A stretch of DNA of 64,000 nt, from NCBI GenBank assembly GCA_003649205.1, contig QMRC01000003.1:192001-256000 (forward strand), in the 5' to 3' direction. Every line of letters starts with the position of its first letter. The stretch's first letter is position 1. Below the pieces are notes generated by a model, which saw nothing but the letters and a program-made list of their open reading frames with translations, was not told the origin of the DNA and did no database searches. The translations under genes were made by a program, and so were the position numbers. Below are positions 58,514-64,000 of this stretch, one piece after another. Source of the stretch: Thermoprotei archaeon (GTDB taxonomy: Archaea > Thermoproteota > Thermoprotei > Thermoproteales > B15-G16).

Positions 58514-59129
58514 CCCCTAAATCCTTCCTACTGAGAAGATTATTTATGAAATTGATGAAGTTTCTCAGAGCTGAAGGATCTACCCGCGATCAAGAGGTCA
58601 TTATATACCATGTGGTTTAAGGTAGAGACGATATTTTTCGAGGAAATTAACTAAGAGCATAGGTTGTATGAGGGTCTTGTAGTAGCTGCTGTGGTCTCTG
58701 TCACTAAATTGTTTCCAATAAATGGTATTTCAAATGTTGAGCTTGCTACTATATAGTCATCCTAAATACCTTTGATGTCGGGAGGAAGGCATAGCAAGTT
58801 TAATCTGGCAAATAAATTGGGTGAAGTACGTGAGCTAGTAGGTAATTTTGCTCTGTGCTAGAGTACAGTGAGTAGAGTCAATAAGTTAGTTAGGTTGTTC
58901 ATGAGGTAGGGCCCATGGTCATGAACTGCATTTGTACTACCACGGCACTTACATGTAAGGTGACCAGAGCAGATATGTATTACATGGGTATACGGGATAT
59001 AGCGGAGTAGCACTACCTGAAAACAACATGAAGTTCTTGATAGTTATTGGAGGTAGAAAACACACGTATGGAGGTATTGAGGAATTGCTATGTTAATTCT
59101 TCGGTGACTCATAACATGTTAGCAAACAG

Positions 59130-60299
59130 CTAACGTTGATACACTACCTCCCCTCTAACGACAGTAGCTACCACATTTAGCTCCTTATCTAATACCGTCA
59201 AGTTAGCTATATACCCCACATCTACCCTACCCCGTCTTTTCTCACCGAGTACAGTCGCTGGATTCACAGTAACCATTTTAAGCACTTCTCGTAGAGGAAG
59301 CTTAGTAACCTCAACCATGTTCTTAATAGCTCTATCGAGAGTCAGTGTGCTACCAGCAAGAGCACCTGTATCTTTTAACCTACTAATACCTCCTTTGACA
59401 ACTATAGGTAGATCACCAAGCACGTACTCTCCATCGGGTAACCCTGTAGCTGCAATAGCATCAGTTATAAGAATTACCTTGTCGACCGGCTTACACTTAG
59501 TGACAAGTCTTATCGTTGTCGGGTGAAGATGTATCAAATCGACTATCAGCTCTACATACACATCATCTCTCTCAAGTGCAGCACCTACAATACCTGGTTC
59601 ACGATGGTGAAATCCCCTCATGGCATTGAACAGATGGGTACAGAGAGTTACACCAGCATTGAATGCCCTCATAGCTTCCTCATATGTCGCGTTAGTGTGA
59701 GCGGCAGAAACTACGAGACCGAGTTGCTTAGCTCTTTCGATGAACTCGAGAGCGTTTGGGAGTTCAGGCGCAATAGCTACGACTCTCAAGGTACCTTCCG
59801 AAACTCTATACAGCTCTTCTAGCTCACCTATATCAGGTTTCCTCAAGTGCTTTGGATTGTGCGCTCCCTTCTTCTCTGGATTAACAAAAGGTCCCTCTAG
59901 ATATAGTCCAAGGATTTCTGCACCTACGACCTTCTCTCTAGATCTCCTAACAGCATCCTTCACATTTCTAGCAATTTCGAGTAACTTATCCCTTGGTGCA
60001 GCTACATTAGCTAACAGAATAGCTGTAACCCCATGTCTAGAAACCCCTCTACCTATCTCAACCAGATCCTCTACCGTACCTAGTGTCGTGTCGTGACCTC
60101 CATACCCATGTATGTGTATGTCTATGAGACCTGGTACTATGATGTAGTCACTGAAGTCAATCACCTCGTAGTTACACGGCACCTTATCTGCTGGTACTAA
60201 ACCCTCTATATAGCCCTCACTAACTAATACAGCATAGTTACGGTATTCAGTTTCTGGTGTTAGTACCTGGGAACCAATAAATGCTCTCTTCACTACCAC
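59130..60299 (-). CDS. nagA: N-acetylglucosamine-6-phosphate deacetylase
   Basis: PGLIDIHIHG, LEGPF, KGAH, AHTNA, THLFNAM, DLIH, LITDA and LAGS. Confidence 0.95.
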   Translation of the reverse strand: MVVKRAFIGSQVLTPETEYRNYAVLVSEGYIEGLVPADKVPCNYEVIDFSDYIIVPGLIDIHIHGYGGHDTTLGTVEDLVEIGRGVSRHGVTAILLANVAAPRDKLLEIARNVKDAVRRSREKVVGAEILGLYLEGPFVNPEKKGAHNPKHLRKPDIGELEELYRVSEGTLRVVAIAPELPNALEFIERAKQLGLVVSAAHTNATYEEAMRAFNAGVTLCTHLFNAMRGFHHREPGIVGAALERDDVYVELIVDLIHLHPTTIRLVTKCKPVDKVILITDAIAATGLPDGEYVLGDLPIVVKGGISRLKDTGALAGSTLTLDRAIKNMVEVTKLPLREVLKMVTVNPATVLGEKRRGRVDVGYIANLTVLDKELNVVATVVRGEVVYQR

Positions 60300-60308
60300 A
60301 CACCTCGA

Positions 60309-61046
60309 CTAAAGTGGTTTAATTACCTTGAAGTACTTACTTAAGTACCTTCTATTGTACTCTACTCCTCCAGGAACATTAGCACTCATCCAGATCTCTG
60401 GTTCAATTCCCCTCTCAAGTAACTTTTCAACAGTTCTAATTGTAAGTAGTTGAATAATGAAGGAGTTCACTATTGTAGATACTGGAGCTATCTTCTGCGG
60501 TAAACCCTTTACCTCGTACACTGCATCACCAATAGGAACTTTATTGTCAATAACTACATCGGCTACTTCAAATAATCTCTTACCAAGTGGATTATCTGGT
60601 GTTACAGATTTTGAGTATTCAGTTGATGTTATTGCAATGACCTTGATGCCTCTCTTCCTCGCTTCATAAGCCATCTCTACAGGTACAGCATTCTTACCAG
60701 AGTTAGATACCACTATGAGAGTTGAACCTGCTTCAACACCATAGTAATCCAGCAATACCCTAGCATACCCGCTCAACCTCTCAATACCTGTACTCTTGAC
60801 AGCTCCATTTAAACCAGATATCGAGAGATCGAGAAGCGGATACACTGGTACTAGTCCACCAGCCCTATAGAACATCTCCATAGCCATCATCATTGAGTGA
60901 CCTGTACCAAATACATAAATGAACCTACCACTAGCTATGGTCTCAACCATGCAGTTCGCTGCTCTCTCAAGATTATCCCTCTCTTCCTGAACAACTTTCT
61001 CAAGAATACTCACGACTATGTTTAAAAACCTCCTATAGCTCTCCAC
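60309..61046 (-). CDS. SIS-domain phosphosugar-binding/isomerase protein (UPF0309 type)
   Basis: FGTGHS...E.FYRAGGL, SNSGKN, D.VIDN..P.GDA and SAN. Confidence 0.88.
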   Translation of the reverse strand: MESYRRFLNIVVSILEKVVQEERDNLERAANCMVETIASGRFIYVFGTGHSMMMAMEMFYRAGGLVPVYPLLDLSISGLNGAVKSTGIERLSGYARVLLDYYGVEAGSTLIVVSNSGKNAVPVEMAYEARKRGIKVIAITSTEYSKSVTPDNPLGKRLFEVADVVIDNKVPIGDAVYEVKGLPQKIAPVSTIVNSFIIQLLTIRTVEKLLERGIEPEIWMSANVPGGVEYNRRYLSKYFKVIKPL

Positions 61047-61106
61047 AGAAGATCACCAACTATAGTGGGTACGCGGTGAATTATAACACAGTTAACCTAA
61101 GTAAAG

Positions 61107-61388
61107 CTAGAATACTATAGTAAATGTTTTGAAGTCACCTTTCACCTCCTCCCACTCAACCTCTATAGACTCAACAATAGCTAATGGAGAACCCCTTCTC
61201 GCAGCCTCAATTAACCTCTGAATAGAAGCCTCATCACCTTCAACCACAATCTCGACTTCTCTACCACTTGGTAAATTCCTAACATAACCTCTCAACCCAA
61301 GCATTCTAGCATGTTTATAGATGAAGTACCTAAAACCAACACCTTGAACTAATCCCTTGACAATGATCCTGGCTCTCCTAACAACCAT
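61107..61388 (-). CDS. acyP: Acylphosphatase
   Basis: GLVQGVGFR and GYVRNL. Confidence 0.93.
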   Translation of the reverse strand: MVVRRARIIVKGLVQGVGFRYFIYKHARMLGLRGYVRNLPSGREVEIVVEGDEASIQRLIEAARRGSPLAIVESIEVEWEEVKGDFKTFTIVF

Positions 61389-61389
61389 G

Positions 61390-62313
61390 TTACCACCTAC
61401 CTCTCAACAAATCAACTACCGAGAATATAGCTAAGAGAAACCTAATAACCACACTGATCAAGATACCGAGCATGAGTGCTTTAAGGAGCAAACCTCTCGG
61501 AACCCTGAACCTACCTAGCTCCAGATTACTCCTCTCATAGTTTAAACCTCGAATCAATACAACAGGTATGGACTCACCAGTTTGCCCCATCAAGAGGGCA
61601 GCAGTAGCACACAACTCATCAGCAATCAAGTCAACACCACCATACTTAGATTTACCAAATCTATCGCTCTCACCGAATTTTGCTGTAACAGGAACTATAC
61701 CTGAGGCACCAATAGCTATATCTAGTGAACCAACTCTAAGAACTGATCCTTCAGTATCACTCAGAATAACTGCAACATCACAACCAGTCAGCTCCCTTAT
61801 CCTATCCCTAATCCCTCTAGCAACTCTATCTGGGTCTGATGGTGGTAAGCAAACGTACCCTGAAGGTACATTTGATGTGTCTATTCCAGCATCTGTAGCT
61901 ACCCTATACCCAACGTCAACGATCATGAGGTACCTATCACTCTCGATAACTTTTAATGCTCTATCTCTATCACGGGATATGTAGTTCAAAATCGTTGAAT
62001 GTTTAAGTAGCATATGTGCAGGGAATGCACCTAAGATACGTTTAGAGTTCCTAAGTATTAGCTCTACCTCCCATGCTGGTTTGCCAAGGATCCTAGCTAT
62101 GATCCTAGCCTTAGTACTCGGTCTAACATCACTAATCTTCACTAGTAAACCCATAGCCTTAGAAACTACCTTTGATGTCACTACAATGACATCACCATCC
62201 CTAATACCAATACCGAGTCTATTAGCTGACTCCACAATGGTTCTAGCTAGATCAGTACCTGGAGTGATCTCGGGTAGAGGTATTCCAAATACCTCTAGTT
62301 TCCTAACGACCAT
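61390..62313 (-). CDS. cofE: Coenzyme F420-0:L-glutamate ligase (CofE) family protein with a C-terminal TM
   Basis: PEITPG.DL, DGDVIVVTSKVVSKA, AGIDTSN, DPD..A..IR, SDT, ADEL and GE.IPVVLIRG. Confidence 0.8.
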   Translation of the reverse strand: MVVRKLEVFGIPLPEITPGTDLARTIVESANRLGIGIRDGDVIVVTSKVVSKAMGLLVKISDVRPSTKARIIARILGKPAWEVELILRNSKRILGAFPAHMLLKHSTILNYISRDRDRALKVIESDRYLMIVDVGYRVATDAGIDTSNVPSGYVCLPPSDPDRVARGIRDRIRELTGCDVAVILSDTEGSVLRVGSLDIAIGASGIVPVTAKFGESDRFGKSKYGGVDLIADELCATAALLMGQTGESIPVVLIRGLNYERSNLELGRFRVPRGLLLKALMLGILISVVIRFLLAIFSVVDLLRGRW

Positions 62314-62429
62314 AGAAACCCCCGGACCTCTCAGTAGTGAATTTATACACACCTAATACGTACCGACTTAGGAAAAGTGTTATAAGTAACATGTGATACA
62401 CCTCACAAAAACTACTTAAGGTGATTCCT

Positions 62430-63140
62430 ATGCCAAGTGAGAAAGTTCTTGAGATAATTAACTCTGTAAAATCTGAAGGTAGGAAAGTACTGACATTTTA
62501 TGAAGCTATGAGGCTAGCTGCTGAGTACGGGTTACCAGTACCGAGAGTATTTCTCGCAAAGAATCCAGATGAAGCTGTTGAATATGCTAAACAAGCGGGT
62601 TTTCCTGTTGTGCTTAAGATAGTTTCGCCAGACATAACTCATAAGTCGGATATTGGTGGTGTTGTGGTTGGGTTAAATAGTGAGGAAGAGGTTAGGAAGT
62701 CATTTACGGAAATCATGGAACGGGTTAAGGTCAAAGCACCAAGTGCTAGAGTTCACGGAATATGTGTACACCACATGGCTCCATATGGAAGGGAAGTCAT
62801 CATTGGTGGTATCGTTGACGAAACCTTTGGTCCAGTAATAATGTTTGGTCTTGGAGGAATCTTCGTTGAGATACTTAGAGATGTAACATTTAGATTAGCG
62901 CCACTAACTAGAGAAGAAGCTTGGGAAATGATTGAGAGTATTAAGGGTGCACCCATACTGAAGGGTTATAGAGGTGAACCGCCAGCAGATCTCGATGCGC
63001 TCGTAGATACTATGGTTAAGGCATCTCAAATGCTCAGCGACCTAGCTGATTACGTTCATCAGCTAGACCTCAATCCAGTGTTCGTATATGAGAAGGGTAG
63101 AGGAGTTAAGATCGTTGACGTCAGAGTAGTGCTCAAGTAA
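62430..63140 (+). CDS. acdB: Acetate--CoA ligase (ADP-forming) beta subunit
   Basis: GFPVVLKIVSPDITHKSDIGGV, FGPVIMFGLGGIFVE and LDLNPV. Confidence 0.9.
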   Translation: MPSEKVLEIINSVKSEGRKVLTFYEAMRLAAEYGLPVPRVFLAKNPDEAVEYAKQAGFPVVLKIVSPDITHKSDIGGVVVGLNSEEEVRKSFTEIMERVKVKAPSARVHGICVHHMAPYGREVIIGGIVDETFGPVIMFGLGGIFVEILRDVTFRLAPLTREEAWEMIESIKGAPILKGYRGEPPADLDALVDTMVKASQMLSDLADYVHQLDLNPVFVYEKGRGVKIVDVRVVLK

Positions 63141-63612
63141 GTTTACCCTCTTCCTTCAAGCTTCTAAATTCCTCAAGTAAGTACTTTGTTGAAAATACGT
63201 ACTGAGTTGTTGTCCTTAACTTTTTCCTAACCTCACATAGCTGAGACCTGTACAAATACATAGCATCTACCTTCTCAGGTCTAATACCTAGTACCTTAGA
63301 TATCACCTCGACTTCAAGCACACCCTTAACGACACCAACTAACTCACTGAAGGATGGATCTATTTCTATTAGTATTGGGAGGAGAAGCTCATCGGCTCTA
63401 TCCTCACCAACGATACTGAGTAAGTACTCCAATTCTCTCCTCTTAAAGACATGCACTCTACCATCTCTACACAGTACATGAGGAATATCTTCCTCTAGTA
63501 ATTGTTTCAATGTCTTTCTTCTCTGAGGTAAATGAGCATTAGCTATTCTAAGCTCCTCCTTAAGATACTCCTCAAGAAGTCTATAATCCCGATCATTCAC
63601 TATACTATACAT
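63133..63612 (-). CDS. DUF61 family protein
   Basis: NAHLP..RKTL..LL.E..P....RDG..H......EL and LRTTTQY. Confidence 0.85.
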   Translation of the reverse strand: MYSIVNDRDYRLLEEYLKEELRIANAHLPQRRKTLKQLLEEDIPHVLCRDGRVHVFKRRELEYLLSIVGEDRADELLLPILIEIDPSFSELVGVVKGVLEVEVISKVLGIRPEKVDAMYLYRSQLCEVRKKLRTTTQYVFSTKYLLEEFRSLKEEGKLT

Positions 63613-64000
63613 TAACTCCCTCTCCTCCTACTTAAAACAACCTTAATTCTCTTCAATCTAGCTTTATCCTCTCTCTCCCTCTCCTCGAACTTCATTCTTA
63701 AGTACTTGATTGTTGCTTCAATTCGTGGTATAACAATGTACTCGAGAGCATTGACTCTTCTCCTCATTTTAATGATTTCTAGAGATAGCCTTTCCATTGT
63801 CTTCTCAAGCTCTGCTAACTCAATGAGTTCAGGGAGTAGTTCCCTACATGTTCTAACTGCGTCATCTACGTAGCTAGAAGTTATGTAGAGTGGGTACAGT
63901 GGTGGCTTCACCTTAGATTCGAGAACCGGTACGGAAAGTCCTAAGATATTCCTCGTAGCAACCAGTATGGTCACGTACTTAGGTAGTATAGAGGCAATAC
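63612..64000 (-). CDS. atpD: A/V-type ATP synthase subunit D (5' end outside the window)
   Basis: NILGLSVP, RRRVNALEYIVIP and EEREREDKARLK. Confidence 0.9.
   Translation of the reverse strand, partial: IASILPKYVTILVATRNILGLSVPVLESKVKPPLYPLYITSSYVDDAVRTCRELLPELIELAELEKTMERLSLEIIKMRRRVNALEYIVIPRIEATIKYLRMKFEEREREDKARLKRIKVVLSRRRGS

Noticed and set aside
777-62956. Numerous short ORFs nested in or antisense to long genes (for example 6202-6555, 27071-27451, 47311-47733, 55108-55515, 61568-61984)
   Set aside because: Shadow ORFs with Ser/Thr/Leu-rich antisense composition overlapping well-supported genes
1-64000. CRISPR array, rRNA, IS transposase or intein
   Set aside because: No regularly spaced 24-40 bp repeats, long GC-rich RNA gene, DDE/TnpB-type ORF, or insertion in rfcS or tfb was seen

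Overview
A 64-kb chromosomal window from an archaeon, most likely a Thermoprotei/Desulfurococcales-type crenarchaeon. The evidence is TFB, RFC small subunit, ribosomal protein L13e, a PAC2 chaperone, a GGPP synthase, archaeal HisRS, A/V-ATPase subunit D, GGTGA-type ribosome-binding sites, a GC-rich tRNA-Glu(UUC) and about 11 box C/D guide RNAs that the ORF track does not show. The left third is accessory. Its centrepiece (about 5.5-16.3 kb) is a pair of convergent operons. One encodes a CobN-like chelatase split into two genes plus a fused ChlI/ChlD (AAA+/vWA) motor. The other encodes a FecBCD/BtuFCD-type ABC importer with a double binding-domain receptor plus a frameshifted Gate-domain protein. 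Both promoters carry the same AATAyT-N13-AGTATk inverted repeat, and no corrin biosynthesis genes lie nearby. This suggests a metal-regulated module for metallo-tetrapyrrole uptake and (de)chelation (inference). The right two-thirds is mostly housekeeping, with an amino-sugar cluster (nagA, SIS protein, ceramidase-like, deoC) and a membrane-anchored roadblock-like gene between two GTPases. No rRNA, CRISPR array or intact transposase was seen. All calls come from motif recognition by eye; no database searches were run.
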